DNA from: an uncultured delta proteobacterium
GTDB taxonomy: Bacteria; Myxococcota; Myxococcia; Myxococcales; Myxococcaceae
Direction of reading: 5' to 3'
Length of the DNA stretch: 64,000 bases
NCBI GenBank assembly: GCA_963771175.1
Contig: CAVYSY010000040.1
Coordinates: 384,001-448,000, forward strand
Part shown: positions 52,248 through 63,757 of the stretch, in pieces
How positions within the stretch are numbered: the first letter of the stretch is position 1
How the letters are laid out: every line of letters begins with the position of its first letter
Notes under the pieces: generated by a model
Told to the model about the DNA's origin: nothing
What the model saw: only the letters and a program-made list of their open reading frames with translations
Database searches by the model: none
Made by a program: the position numbers and the translations under genes

Positions 52248-53864
52248 TCAGCGGCCGACGGTGATCGCCTCGTAGCGGGGGACCCCCTCGGCCGAGGCGG
52301 GTACCCCCATCTCCAGCAGGGCCGACACGGTGGGCGCCACGTCCGTGGGGCTGATCTCCTGCGGGTACGTGCCCGGCTTCACCCCCTTGCCCGCGAGGAC
52401 GACGGGCACCTGCTGGTCGTACGCGTACGGGGTGCCGTGGTTGGTGCCGGTGGGCTCGGTGCTGATGACGTGGAAGGGCTTCACCACGAAGAGCACGTCG
52501 CCGCTGCGCCCCGGGTAGTAGCCGCGCCGCAGGGGCTCCACCAGTCCCGCCACGTCCGGCGCCGTGTAGAGGTCATCCCGCGCCACCGCGAGGGAGATGG
52601 CCGGCTGCTTCCCCAGCCAGGCCGCCGTGGCTCGCCGCACCGCCGCGCCGTCCACCTTTCCGCCCTCCAGCGTCTTGCCTCCCAGGTACACGTCCAGTTC
52701 CTCGATGGTGGCGGTGATGTCCCCGCCGAACTGTGCCCGCAGCGCCTCGGTCAGCCCCTTGGAGAGGGCGGTCGGGTTCACGCGCTCGGCGGCCACTCCC
52801 GAGGCGGCCCACTGCTCGGGCACCGTTGCCCCACCGTGGTCGGCCGAGAGCACCACGAGGAGGTTCGCCCGGCCCCCCGCGGCCTTCTCCGCCAGGGCCA
52901 CCAGGTCTCCCACCGCCTTGTCCAGCCGGTAGAGCGTGTCCTGCATCTCCCACGAGGTGGGCCCGTACTGGTGGAAGACGCGATCCGTGGCGCTGAAGCT
53001 CACCGCGAGCAGGTCCGGCACGTCGTCCTTGCCCAATTCCTCGCCCGCGATGGCGGCCCGGGCGGCCCGCACCACATGGTCCATCGCCAGCGGGGAGATG
53101 GCGAAGGCGCTGTACGCCAGAGGGCCGGGCGCGCTCAGGCCTCCGGTGAGCGGATGGGGGAAGGTGCGTCCCAGCCCGTAGTGTTCGCCTTCGTAGGGCC
53201 GATCGTCCTCACCCACGTATGCGGTGCTCGGCTGCACCAGCGCCCAGGGCTTGCCGAACCAGGCTTCGGGCGGGTTGCTCGCGTTGAAGTCCTTCAGCCA
53301 GCCGGGGAGCTCCTTCGTGTACCAGGTGCCCGTGACGAACTTCCCCACCGTCTCGTCGTACCAGTAGGCCTGCCCGAGCCTCCCGGCCAGGGGGATGGCC
53401 GAGCGCGCCTTGCCCGAGAACGCGATCGCCTTGCCGCGCTCCTGCGTGGACAGCCGCAGCCGGTCCGCCAGTGTCTCGGCCATGAGGTTGGCCGGGCTCA
53501 CGTCCTCGTTGGACAGGGGCGCCTCCAGCACCGGGTGCGCCGGGTCCGGGAAGACGCGCTCGGGCTTGCCGGTGGCCCGGTCGATGATCCGGTTGTCCAC
53601 GATGCCGTGGCGCCAGGGGTTGGCACCGGTGGACAGCGTGGCGTGGCCCGCCGCGGTGCGCGGCTTGGCGTACGCGTACTCCGCGTATGGGAAGAAGGCG
53701 CCCGAGTCGATGAGCTGGCGCAGTCCGCCCTTGAGGCGCGGTTTGCTGCGCAGCAGCAGGTCCGTGCCCATCGCGTCCACGGTGATGAAGAGCGTCAACC
53801 GGGGCGGCTTCGCCAGGGCGGGGAGGGCGAGGAGGAGCAGCAGGAAGGGGAGGGGGCGGAACAT
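52248..53864 (-). CDS. Alkaline phosphatase family protein (PafA-like), secreted
   Basis: Signal peptide, ITVDAM, TAAGHATLSTG.P..HGIVDN, DLLAVSFSATD.VFHQYGP, LSADHG, HGTPYAYDQQVP. Confidence 0.88.
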   Translation of the reverse strand: MFRPLPFLLLLLALPALAKPPRLTLFITVDAMGTDLLLRSKPRLKGGLRQLIDSGAFFPYAEYAYAKPRTAAGHATLSTGANPWRHGIVDNRIIDRATGKPERVFPDPAHPVLEAPLSNEDVSPANLMAETLADRLRLSTQERGKAIAFSGKARSAIPLAGRLGQAYWYDETVGKFVTGTWYTKELPGWLKDFNASNPPEAWFGKPWALVQPSTAYVGEDDRPYEGEHYGLGRTFPHPLTGGLSAPGPLAYSAFAISPLAMDHVVRAARAAIAGEELGKDDVPDLLAVSFSATDRVFHQYGPTSWEMQDTLYRLDKAVGDLVALAEKAAGGRANLLVVLSADHGGATVPEQWAASGVAAERVNPTALSKGLTEALRAQFGGDITATIEELDVYLGGKTLEGGKVDGAAVRRATAAWLGKQPAISLAVARDDLYTAPDVAGLVEPLRRGYYPGRSGDVLFVVKPFHVISTEPTGTNHGTPYAYDQQVPVVLAGKGVKPGTYPQEISPTDVAPTVSALLEMGVPASAEGVPRYEAITVGR

Positions 53865-53962
53865 GGGGAATCCGATCCTCCACGCTCCGTGCTCAGAAGC
53901 AACCAACACCCGAGCACCATGCTTTCCGGTCGGACACTCCCCTGTTACGGTCGCCGCGACCC

Positions 53963-54364
53963 ATGGTCGAGGCACGACTTCGAGTGATCTACGGCGACAC
54001 GGACCAGATGGGTGTCGTGTATTACGCCAATTATTTCCGCTACTTCGAGTTCGCTCGCAGCGAGTACTTCCGCTCTCGCGGAGGCAGCTACCGCGAGGTG
54101 GAGCGCGAGGGGCTGATGCTGCCCGTGGTGGAGGCTACTGCCTCCTACAAGTCGCCCGCTCGCTATGAGGACGTCCTGCTCATCCGCACCCGCGTGAGCG
54201 AGGTAAAGCGGGTGTCGCTGACCTTCAGCTACGAAATCTTTCGGGAGGGGGGCGCGGACACCCCCCTGTGTACCGGGCGCACCGTCCACGCCTGCGTGAG
54301 CCGAGAGGGCAAGCCCACCCGGCTGCCGGACGCGGTCGTCCGCCTGTTGCACGAAGGGCCCTGA
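53963..54364 (+). CDS. Acyl-CoA thioesterase (YbgC/FadM, 4HBT family)
   Basis: RVIYGDTDQMGVVYYANYFRYFEFARSE. Confidence 0.92.
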   Translation: MVEARLRVIYGDTDQMGVVYYANYFRYFEFARSEYFRSRGGSYREVEREGLMLPVVEATASYKSPARYEDVLLIRTRVSEVKRVSLTFSYEIFREGGADTPLCTGRTVHACVSREGKPTRLPDAVVRLLHEGP

Positions 54365-54404
54365 GTTCCCACTCTCTTCAGTTCGTTTCAAGGAGACACC
54401 CACA

Positions 54405-55370
54405 ATGGATCGCAACCTGGCAATGGAGGTCGTGCGCGTCACCGAGATGGCGGCCATCGCCTCCGCCCGTCTGATGGGCCGCGGTAACAAGAATGAGTCG
54501 GATCAGGTCGCCGTGGATGCCATGCGCCGGGCGTTCGACTCGCTGAACATCCAGGGCACGGTGGTCATCGGCGAGGGGGAGCGCGACGAGGCCCCCATGC
54601 TCTACATCGGCGAGAAGGTGGGCCGGCGCAATCCGGAGGACCCGGAGGTGGACATCGCGCTGGATCCGCTCGAGGGCACCAACCTGTGCGCCTACGGCCG
54701 TCCGGGCGGCATCTCCGTGGTGGCCATGGCTGGCAAGGGCATGCTGCTCAACGCGCCGGACACCTACATGGAGAAGATCGCCGTGGGCCCGCGGGCCAAG
54801 GGCGCCATCGATCTGCGCCGCTCCCCCACCGAGAACCTCCACTCCATCGCGGAGAGGATGAAGGTCTACGTGGCGGACCTCACGGTGATGATCCTCGACC
54901 GTGAGCGGCACGCGGACCTCATCAAGGAGGTGCGGGCCGCGGGCGCGCGCATCCGCCTCATCGATGACGGGGACGTGGCCGGCGCCATCTCCACCTGCTT
55001 CGAGGACGCGGGCGTGGACGTGCTGATGGGCATCGGCGGGGCCCCCGAGGGCGTCATCGCCGCCGCGGCCATCCGCTCGGTGGGCGGCGACATGCAGGGC
55101 CGCCTGGTGCCTCGCAACAACGATGAGATCGCTCGTGCCAGGCGCATGGGCATCACCGACATCTCGAAGATCTACACCGCCGAGGAGCTGGCTGGCGGCG
55201 AGGTGATGTTCGCCGCCTCCGGCGTCACCACCGGCGACTTCCTGCGCGGCGTGCGCTTCTTCGGCGGCGGGTGCGAGACGCACTCGGTGGTGATGCGCAG
55301 CAAGACCGGCACGGTGCGTTTCATCCAGTCCCGGCACAAGTTCGACACGAAGCCGGGCTATAACTTCTAG
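54405..55370 (+). CDS. glpX: Fructose-1,6-bisphosphatase class II
   Basis: VRVTE.AA, VVIGEGERDEAPMLYIGE, DIALDPLEGT, DGDVAGAI, GIGGAPEGVIAAAA. Confidence 0.96.
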   Translation: MDRNLAMEVVRVTEMAAIASARLMGRGNKNESDQVAVDAMRRAFDSLNIQGTVVIGEGERDEAPMLYIGEKVGRRNPEDPEVDIALDPLEGTNLCAYGRPGGISVVAMAGKGMLLNAPDTYMEKIAVGPRAKGAIDLRRSPTENLHSIAERMKVYVADLTVMILDRERHADLIKEVRAAGARIRLIDDGDVAGAISTCFEDAGVDVLMGIGGAPEGVIAAAAIRSVGGDMQGRLVPRNNDEIARARRMGITDISKIYTAEELAGGEVMFAASGVTTGDFLRGVRFFGGGCETHSVVMRSKTGTVRFIQSRHKFDTKPGYNF

Positions 55371-55397
55371 AGCACCCCCACCCAGGAGACTCGCACC

Positions 55398-55826
55398 ATG
55401 CCCGGCGCCTCTCGGAGCATCGTCATCAACGCCCCCCAGGAGAAGGTCTTCGACATCATCATCAACTACGACCGCTACCCCGAGTGGCTCACCGAGGTGA
55501 AGAAGATCCGCACCTCGGATCGCAAGGGGAACGAAGTGAAGATCCACTACGAGGTGGACTTCAAGATCAAGACCATCCGCTACACCATCCTCGCCCGCGA
55601 GGAGCGCCCCCAGCGGATGTCCTGGTCCTTCGTGGAGGGCGAGGTGATGAAGGACAACAAGGGGAGCTGGATGTTGGAGCCGGAAGGAGAGGGGCGCACC
55701 AAGGTCACCTACAGCGTGGAGGTGACCGTGGGTCCCCTGGTGCCCAAGTCCATCCTCAACGCCCTGGTGGATCAGTCGCTGCCGAAGATGCTGGAGGCCG
55801 TCAAACGCCAGGCCGAGGGCGCCTGA
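55398..55826 (+). CDS. SRPBCC (cyclase/RatA-like) family protein
   Basis: SIVINAPQEKVFDII.NYDRYPEWL, SW..VEG..MKDNKGSW.LEP. Confidence 0.85.
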   Translation: MPGASRSIVINAPQEKVFDIIINYDRYPEWLTEVKKIRTSDRKGNEVKIHYEVDFKIKTIRYTILAREERPQRMSWSFVEGEVMKDNKGSWMLEPEGEGRTKVTYSVEVTVGPLVPKSILNALVDQSLPKMLEAVKRQAEGA

Positions 55827-56211
55827 TTTCTCGACGCCTCGCGGCAAGCCCCCCGGAGCGACCGGGGGGCAGGCGGGAGAGCGGCCCGGGTCCCCGTTAA
55901 ACCCGTCACTCTGGATGTACCGGGTGCTCTAATCGGTTGGACTGCTTGCGGGGCACGCTGGCTGGATTAGAATCCAGTCAACATTCTCGGCGTCTGGGGG
56001 TTACAACCACTTCGGCTGACGGACACTTCGTTGGGTCTGGCTGTCGGAGGGTGGACGAGCAAGCGTTCGAGGTTGCTGGCGCGTACCCGGAAAGGAACCA
56101 GGGCCCTTACTTTGCATCTGAAGGACATTGAAGCCGGAGTGGTGGCGGGAACACGGGAGCGGGTGGCGGGCGTACATCGGGGTACGTAGGCTGAGTGGAG
56201 AAATCAAACCC

Positions 56212-56391
56212 ATGCTCGACGCCTTCATCATCGAGGAAATCAAGCGCCGGGAACGGCACCGGGAAGAGCGGGAGCGGCCCGCGCTCGAGATTCCACTGCC
56301 GGTACCCGAGGATCGCCCCCGGCGTCGCTCGGACGCCGATGACGACGAGAAGCCCCAGCGCGGCGTCGTCATCATCGACATGCTCGGCTGA
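56212..56391 (+). CDS. Small hypothetical protein (59 aa)
   Basis: MLDAFIIEEIKRRE...RPALEIPLP...PQRGVVIIDMLG; GGAG upstream; GC3-biased codons. Confidence 0.65.
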   Translation: MLDAFIIEEIKRRERHREERERPALEIPLPVPEDRPRRRSDADDDEKPQRGVVIIDMLG

Positions 56392-56490
56392 GCGAACGCT
56401 CCGCTCGCTGTTTCAGGCCCGCGGTGGACGTCCCTCGGACACGGGACGAACCACGCGGGCCTTGTCTTGTCCGCGCTCCGGGGCGGCGCC

Positions 56491-57558
56491 TCAGTCCGGC
56501 GCCAGCAGCAGCAGGTGCCGTGGGTGCCAGGTGGTGCTCAGCGGCCCCGAGCCATACGGCCCCAGCGCCTCCAGCACCCCCTCCTGCCAATCGGAAGGAA
56601 TCTCCTCCTCGCCGTGGAATGCGCCCAGCAGCGCTCCGGCGATGGCCCCGTTCGCATCCGCATCTCCGCCCCGGTTGACCACGTCCACCACCCCGGCCTC
56701 GAAGCTGGGGGCGTGGAGCAATTCCCAGTAGGCCAGCCGGAAGGCCACCCGGACGTGGTTCGACTGTAGATGCAGGTGCAGATCCGGCCCGTAGAGCATC
56801 GGGTCGTCCCGCTGCGCGGCGGCCAGGTCGTCCTTGAGGGCGGCCGTGGCGGCGGACACCTCCTGAACGAAGTCAGCGGCCGAGCGGCCCAGCGATGCGC
56901 TGGCCAGGGATAGCCCGCTCACCGCGGCGGTGATGAGGTCCTCCACCTTCAGCTTCGTGCCCGCGGTGATGGCGTGGGCGATGGAGCCATTGAGGGCGGC
57001 GCACGCGAGCTGGCAGCACGGATCGAAGTGCGTGAGCGCGGAGTCCGCGAGCGAGGCCTGCACCCGCGCCTGGGTGTCCTTGTGGAAGAAGACGCCGATG
57101 GGGGCGGTGCGTGCGAGGCTGCCATTGCCCGCCCCGCGCCGGAAACCGCGCAGCCACACGCGGCGCGCGGCCGTCGCCCGGGGCAGGCCGGACTCGGCCA
57201 TCTCGGTCAGCACCTCGCGGGTGGCGTCGCTCATTCCGGGGGCATGCCCCATCCAGGCGAGGTAGCGGCGCGGCATCTCGTCCGCGTCATAGCACCCGCG
57301 CTCGCGCAGGCCCGCGCCCAGGACGCCTGCCTGCTGGCCGCTTTCCCCCACCTGGCCGCGCCGCAGCTCGAAGGGGCCACCCCCCTTCAGCTCCCAGTAG
57401 GGCCCATCCGCGAGCTGGGGGAAGGGTGGGGCGACGAGGCGCCTTGTTCTCAAGGGGACACCGAGCGCATCACCCACGGAGAGGCCCAGGAGAGCGCCTC
57501 GGCTGCGCAGGCGCGGGTGCGGATCAGGAGCGGGGGCGGAGGGTCGTCGCGGAGGCAT
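56491..57558 (-). CDS. ADP-ribosylglycohydrolase family protein
   Basis: RGALLGLSVGDALG, GNGSLARTAPIG, SALTHFDP, VVNRGGDADANGAIAGALLGA. Confidence 0.9.
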   Translation of the reverse strand: MPPRRPSAPAPDPHPRLRSRGALLGLSVGDALGVPLRTRRLVAPPFPQLADGPYWELKGGGPFELRRGQVGESGQQAGVLGAGLRERGCYDADEMPRRYLAWMGHAPGMSDATREVLTEMAESGLPRATAARRVWLRGFRRGAGNGSLARTAPIGVFFHKDTQARVQASLADSALTHFDPCCQLACAALNGSIAHAITAGTKLKVEDLITAAVSGLSLASASLGRSAADFVQEVSAATAALKDDLAAAQRDDPMLYGPDLHLHLQSNHVRVAFRLAYWELLHAPSFEAGVVDVVNRGGDADANGAIAGALLGAFHGEEEIPSDWQEGVLEALGPYGSGPLSTTWHPRHLLLLAPD

Positions 57559-57588
57559 GGTGAGGCTGGCGGGGCTTCAGGGGGCTGA

Positions 57589-58950
<1,362 letters not shown>

Positions 58951-58965
58951 GGAAAAGAGAGAGAC

Positions 58966-59760
58966 GTGGCCGACAAGAAACCTCGCATCCTGGTCTCCAA
59001 TGACGACGGCTACTTCTCCGATGGCCTCCGCTCCCTCGTGGAGGCGGTGAGCCCGTTGGGGGAGGTGTGGGTGGTGGCGCCGGACCGCGAGCAGAGCGCG
59101 GCCTCGCACTCCATCTCCCTCAACCGCCCCCTGCGCATCACCGAGGTGCGTGAGCGCTGGTTCGCCGTGGATGGCACCCCGGCGGACTGCGCTTATCTGG
59201 CGATCAATCACCTCATGAAGGATGATCGCCCGCGCATCATGGTGTCCGGCATCAACCACGGGGCCAATCTGGCTGACGACGTCAACTACTCGGGCACGGT
59301 GGCGGCCGCTCGCGAGGCGGCGTTCCTGGGTATTCCGTCCATCGCCTTCAGCCTGGTGTCGCGCGCGCCGTTCGACTTCCAGCACGCGGCGCGCTTCGCC
59401 CGCTCGTTGGTGGCGGCCGCGCTCGCCCAGCCCCAGTTGCCGCCGAGGATGCTGCTCAGCGTCAACATTCCCCGGGGTGAGCCCCAGGGCTACGCCATCA
59501 CCCGGCTGGGTCGTCACTCGTACGGGTATGACGTGGTGGAGAAGGAGGATCCGCGCGGTCGCAAGTACTACTGGATCGGCGGCACCTCCTACGAGCACGA
59601 GGACATCCCTGGCAGCGACTGCAACGCCGTCCACCAGGAGCGCCGCATCTCGATGACGCCGCTCCACTTCGAGCTCACCGACACGCGGAGCATGGCCGAG
59701 CTGGCCGGCTGGTCCCTCGAGGGCTTCCCGCGCTTCGACATGGCCAAGGGAGGCGACTGA
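58966..59760 (+). CDS. surE: 5'/3'-nucleotidase SurE
   Basis: ILVSNDDG, VVAPDREQSA.SHS, VDGTPADC, SGINHGAN..DDVNYSGTVAAA. Confidence 0.96.
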   Translation: MADKKPRILVSNDDGYFSDGLRSLVEAVSPLGEVWVVAPDREQSAASHSISLNRPLRITEVRERWFAVDGTPADCAYLAINHLMKDDRPRIMVSGINHGANLADDVNYSGTVAAAREAAFLGIPSIAFSLVSRAPFDFQHAARFARSLVAAALAQPQLPPRMLLSVNIPRGEPQGYAITRLGRHSYGYDVVEKEDPRGRKYYWIGGTSYEHEDIPGSDCNAVHQERRISMTPLHFELTDTRSMAELAGWSLEGFPRFDMAKGGD

Positions 59761-59762
59761 AG

Positions 59763-60668
59763 TTGGCGGGGGCGGGGGCCAGTTGGGCGCGGCCTGCGCT
59801 CCTCGCGCTGCTCGCGCTCCTGGGCACCACGGGCTGTGTGCTGGTGCCGAGGGCCGGCCCCCGTCCATCCGCCGAGCCCGTCTCCGAGGCGCCCCCCCTG
59901 GTGCTCGGAGAGCTGCGCGAGCCCCACCCGGAGCCGGAGCTCATCTCCGTCCGGCACACGGTGGCCCCGGGCGAGACGATGTACCGGATCGCCAAGAACT
60001 ACGGCATCACCGTGGAGGAGTTGTCCGAGGCCAACGGGATCGATGACCCACGCACCCTCTCCGTGGGACAGGAACTGCTCATCCCGGGCTTCGAGAAGCC
60101 GGTGCCGGTGGCCACCGAGTCCTCGCCGACTCCGGCGCCGGGCAATCAGCGACCCACGCCGAGCACGAAGCCACCCGCGGCGGGAGACCCGGCGAGGACT
60201 CCGGTCATCGTGAGGGCTCCAGCTTCGCGCGCGACGACACGGCCCGGCTCCCAGCCACCCTCGTCCCGCCCCGTGCCGGAGACGAAGGGGATGTTGGACT
60301 GGCCCTTGCGGGGCGTGCTGTACGCCCGGTTTGGCAAGAAGGGGCGCGAGCCGCACGACGGCATCGACCTGGCCGTGCCCGTGGGCACACCCGTGAAGAC
60401 CGCCCAGGAAGGGGAGGTGCTGTATGCGGGCGAGCAGCGCGGCTACGGGCTCATCGTCATCATCCGGCACTCGGATCGTCTCATCACGCTCTATTCCCAC
60501 AACCGCGACCTGCGCGTGAAGAGCGGCCAGAAGGTGCGGCGCGGGCAGGTGATCGCCACCGTGGGAGAGTCCGGCAAGACGAGCGGCCCGCAGCTCCACT
60601 TCGAGGTGCGTGTCGATGGCAAGCCGGCGGATCCGCTCGACTACCTGGGGCCTCTGCCGTCGTCCTGA
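59763..60668 (+). CDS. LysM + M23 peptidase-family lipoprotein (NlpD-like)
   Basis: Lipobox-like TTGC, LysM HTVAPGETMYRIAKNYG, HDGIDLA, YG..VIIRH, QLHFEVR; follows surE. Confidence 0.9.
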   Translation: MAGAGASWARPALLALLALLGTTGCVLVPRAGPRPSAEPVSEAPPLVLGELREPHPEPELISVRHTVAPGETMYRIAKNYGITVEELSEANGIDDPRTLSVGQELLIPGFEKPVPVATESSPTPAPGNQRPTPSTKPPAAGDPARTPVIVRAPASRATTRPGSQPPSSRPVPETKGMLDWPLRGVLYARFGKKGREPHDGIDLAVPVGTPVKTAQEGEVLYAGEQRGYGLIVIIRHSDRLITLYSHNRDLRVKSGQKVRRGQVIATVGESGKTSGPQLHFEVRVDGKPADPLDYLGPLPSS

Positions 60669-60812
60669 GCGGGCACCCCCAGCGCTGGTCGCATGGCTGG
60701 TTGCTCGAAGACACTCCACGAATGGCATGCCCCTGAGTGGCCCCCGAGCGACCAGGCGCTGACCGGCGAATCCCCGGGCCCTTCCTATCTTCCGGGAATG
60801 AATCCTTTCCAC

Positions 60813-61349
60813 ATGCAGCGGATGGGCCGGGTGCTCGGCATGGCCGCCTTGCTTGTGCTCGGGGCCTCGGGCGCCAGGGCCGCCAACCCGTACCTCTCTC
60901 TTCGCACCCCGGAAGGCGTCATCGTGGCCCGGGTCTCCGAGGCGCGCATCGTGGGTCCCGATATCCGAGTCACCCGTGACGTGAAGACGCTGCGCGGGAG
61001 GGCCTTCGGCCAGACCGTGTTCCTCGGGCTCAACGGCAATGAGGTGGGGGGCACGGTGGGCAGGAACCTGTCGCGGCTGAGCTTCGAGCACGAGGGCGAA
61101 GTCCTGAAGGCAGAGGGGGCCTTCTACGGCAACCTCGCGCGGTTGAGCCTCAGCGCGCGGGGACTCTCCGGCTCGGTGGGCGCATGCAGCTACGAGCTGA
61201 ATGCCATCGGGCAGGGGGTCTACCGGGGCTCGCGCATCTGCGGCCCGCTGGAGCAGTCCGTGCCCGTGGTTCTCGTGGTGCCGCACACGCTCGTGGGGCA
61301 GGGCCCCGCGATGACCCTGGCCGCGCTCATGCTCCTCCTGGGCGGCTGA
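60813..61349 (+). CDS. Secreted hypothetical protein
   Basis: Signal peptide (…ALLVLGASGARA), beta-rich body with a Cys pair, hydrophobic C-terminus. Start uncertain. Confidence 0.6.
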   Translation: MQRMGRVLGMAALLVLGASGARAANPYLSLRTPEGVIVARVSEARIVGPDIRVTRDVKTLRGRAFGQTVFLGLNGNEVGGTVGRNLSRLSFEHEGEVLKAEGAFYGNLARLSLSARGLSGSVGACSYELNAIGQGVYRGSRICGPLEQSVPVVLVVPHTLVGQGPAMTLAALMLLLGG

Positions 61350-61471
61350 GGCAAGAGTCCGCGGGAGCCCCCCTCGGAGCGCCCCCGGCGGCCATCCGAG
61401 CGGGCAGGGCGTCCTGCTGGCTGGCTTCTCACCGCCCACGGTCGGCTGTCTGGTACTAGAGTACGGCCCCC

Positions 61472-62551
61472 GTGAGCCGCTTCCTGCCGCTGCTGCCCGT
61501 ACTCCTGCTCGCCCCGATTTCTCGGGCGCAGTCGTCCTCCTCGGGTCCGGAGGTGGCCTCCCCCGCTGTGGTGGTTCCTCCTGAACCCCTGGAGACCTCC
61601 GCGCCCGCGGCGGAAGCTCCCACCGCTGTCGTCGTCGCCATCCTCCCCCTGGAGGCCAATGAGGAGGCCCGGGAGCAGGCCCCGGGTCTGACGGCGCTTC
61701 TCGTCAGCCGGCTCGCCGAGTCTCCCCGCGTCGCGGTGTCCTCCCGCGCGGATCAGGAGGCCGTACGCGCCGCTGGGGTCTGTGCCGACGGCTCGTGTCT
61801 GGATGCTCCCCCGGGTTCACCCGGCTCCGGCAAGGCGCGTTACGTCATCACGGGCCGGCTCGATGGCTTCGGCTCACGCTACATCTTCACCACCAACCTC
61901 ATGGACTCGGAGAGCGGGCGCGCCCTGGCCCGGCCTCGCATCGAGGTGACCGCCAAGGAGGCTTTGCCTCGCGCCGCCGTGTCGCTCGCGGATCAGCTCC
62001 TCGCGACGCTCGTCCCGGATCCCACCGAGCGTGCCTCCTCGCCGGATCCTTCCGTGTCCTCGAGGCCGCGCGCCAACTCGTTCGTCGTTGGCCTGCGGTT
62101 CAACAACAGCCTCATCTCCGACTTCGGCTCGTTCAATCCCGGTGGTGACGTGGAGCTTGGCTTCCACTTCCATCCCGAGTGGGTCGTCTTCGGCCAGGTG
62201 GGCCTCACCTATGTCACTGGCGAGGCGGAGGGTCGCAAGGGCGGCCTCAACGTCCTCCCCAGCGTGCTCGGTCTGCGCCACTACCACAATGCCGAGGGAG
62301 CCATCCGCCCGTACTGGGGGCTCGGCCTCGGCATCCAGTTGTCCTTCGGCGAGTACGGCATCTTCCAGCAGACGGGCCCGCTGCCCACCGTCATCGGCTT
62401 CACCGGCCTCGAGTTCCTCGTCGCCGGCCACCTCGGCATCCAGGTCGAGGCCTCCACCAACATCGCCCAGGCCACGCTCGGCCTCACCGATGGCGGCCTC
62501 GGCAGTGGTCTCAACCTCGATCTCAATGCCGGCATTGCCTGGCACTTCTGA
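61472..62551 (+). CDS. Exported protein: CsgG/TolB-N-like domain + outer-membrane beta-barrel
   Basis: Signal peptide, 'VAILPLEA...C...C...RYVITGRLDGFG', amphipathic strands, terminal 'NAGIAWHF' barrel signature. Confidence 0.7.
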   Translation: MSRFLPLLPVLLLAPISRAQSSSSGPEVASPAVVVPPEPLETSAPAAEAPTAVVVAILPLEANEEAREQAPGLTALLVSRLAESPRVAVSSRADQEAVRAAGVCADGSCLDAPPGSPGSGKARYVITGRLDGFGSRYIFTTNLMDSESGRALARPRIEVTAKEALPRAAVSLADQLLATLVPDPTERASSPDPSVSSRPRANSFVVGLRFNNSLISDFGSFNPGGDVELGFHFHPEWVVFGQVGLTYVTGEAEGRKGGLNVLPSVLGLRHYHNAEGAIRPYWGLGLGIQLSFGEYGIFQQTGPLPTVIGFTGLEFLVAGHLGIQVEASTNIAQATLGLTDGGLGSGLNLDLNAGIAWHF

Positions 62552-62568
62552 GTCCGGAGTCTCCGCAC

Positions 62569-63705
62569 ATGCACCCGCGCTGGCGTGTCCTTCCCCTGCT
62601 CGCCCTCCTCGCCGCCGGTTGTGAGGATGGACCCAAACCCCCCGGCCCCAAGGAGCGGGCCGAGGGCTACTACATCAAGGGCACCACCGAGTACCTCCAG
62701 GGCAGGTTCGACGAGGCGCTCGCGTCCTTCAACGCCATGAAGGAGATCGTCCCGGACGACCCCCGCCTGCCCGCGGCCTACGGCGAGCTCTACCTCTCCA
62801 TGGGCCGCATCAACGACGCCGCCACCTGGTTCGAGCTCGCCCTCCAGCGCGATCCCAAGCGCTCCACCAATTGGAGCCGGATCGGCTTCATCCACGCTCA
62901 GCTCGGCAAGCTCGACGAGGCCCAGAGCGATCTGCGCAAGGCCATCGCCCTCTACCCCAAGGACTTCAACGCCCTCGAGGGGCTCGCGGAGCTCCACCTC
63001 AAGCGCGGCGAGAAGGATGCCGCCGTGAATCACTTCACCCTCGCCGCCGAGGCCAGCCCCGACGGTGCCAAATCCGTCCTCGTGCTGCGCGCCGTCGAAG
63101 TGCTCACGGGAGATGGGCGCCACTCCGAGGCCCTCCAGCTCCTCGGTCAGTGGGCGGCGAAGGGGGTGCGGACGCCCGATCTGCTCACCATGCTCGGGGA
63201 CGAGCTGGTGCGCGCCGGTCAGCTCCTTCCCGCGGCCGAGTCCTACCGCGAGGCCGCCAGCCAATCGCCGAGGGATCCCACGCTGTGGGAGTTGGTCGGG
63301 GAGATCTACACGCGGCTCGACAAACCGGGGGAGGCCCTCGCGGCCTACCGAGAGTCCCTGCGCGTGAAGGACCGCGCCATCGTCCATGTGGCCCTCGCGC
63401 GCATCCACCTGGGACGCAACGATCGCGAGGCCGCCGAGGAGGAGCTGGGGCTCGCCCTCGAGTCCGTCTCGGGCGCCGACGTGCGCGAGCTCTCCGAGCT
63501 GGCCGCGCTGCTCTCCACGCTCGGGCGCAAGCCGGATGCCCTGCGTATCCTCACCAGCCTCAGCGCCGAGCCGGACCACGCCAAGGACGTGGAGCTGCAG
63601 CTTCGCACCGCGGGTCTCGCCCAGGAACTGAAGGACGAGGCCACTGTGCGCACCGTGTGCGCCCGCATCGCGAGCAGCGGGGCGAAGGTCAAGAAGTGCC
63701 CCTGA
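62569..63705 (+). CDS. TPR-repeat lipoprotein
   Basis: Lipobox LAAGC, multiple TPR helix pairs (AYGELYLSMGRINDAA..FELAL..DP). Confidence 0.85.
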   Translation: MHPRWRVLPLLALLAAGCEDGPKPPGPKERAEGYYIKGTTEYLQGRFDEALASFNAMKEIVPDDPRLPAAYGELYLSMGRINDAATWFELALQRDPKRSTNWSRIGFIHAQLGKLDEAQSDLRKAIALYPKDFNALEGLAELHLKRGEKDAAVNHFTLAAEASPDGAKSVLVLRAVEVLTGDGRHSEALQLLGQWAAKGVRTPDLLTMLGDELVRAGQLLPAAESYREAASQSPRDPTLWELVGEIYTRLDKPGEALAAYRESLRVKDRAIVHVALARIHLGRNDREAAEEELGLALESVSGADVRELSELAALLSTLGRKPDALRILTSLSAEPDHAKDVELQLRTAGLAQELKDEATVRTVCARIASSGAKVKKCP

Positions 63706-63757
63706 GCCCTCTCTGAGACGCAATCAGGGCGGAATAGTGCGGTGAGGCCGCCGGCTG

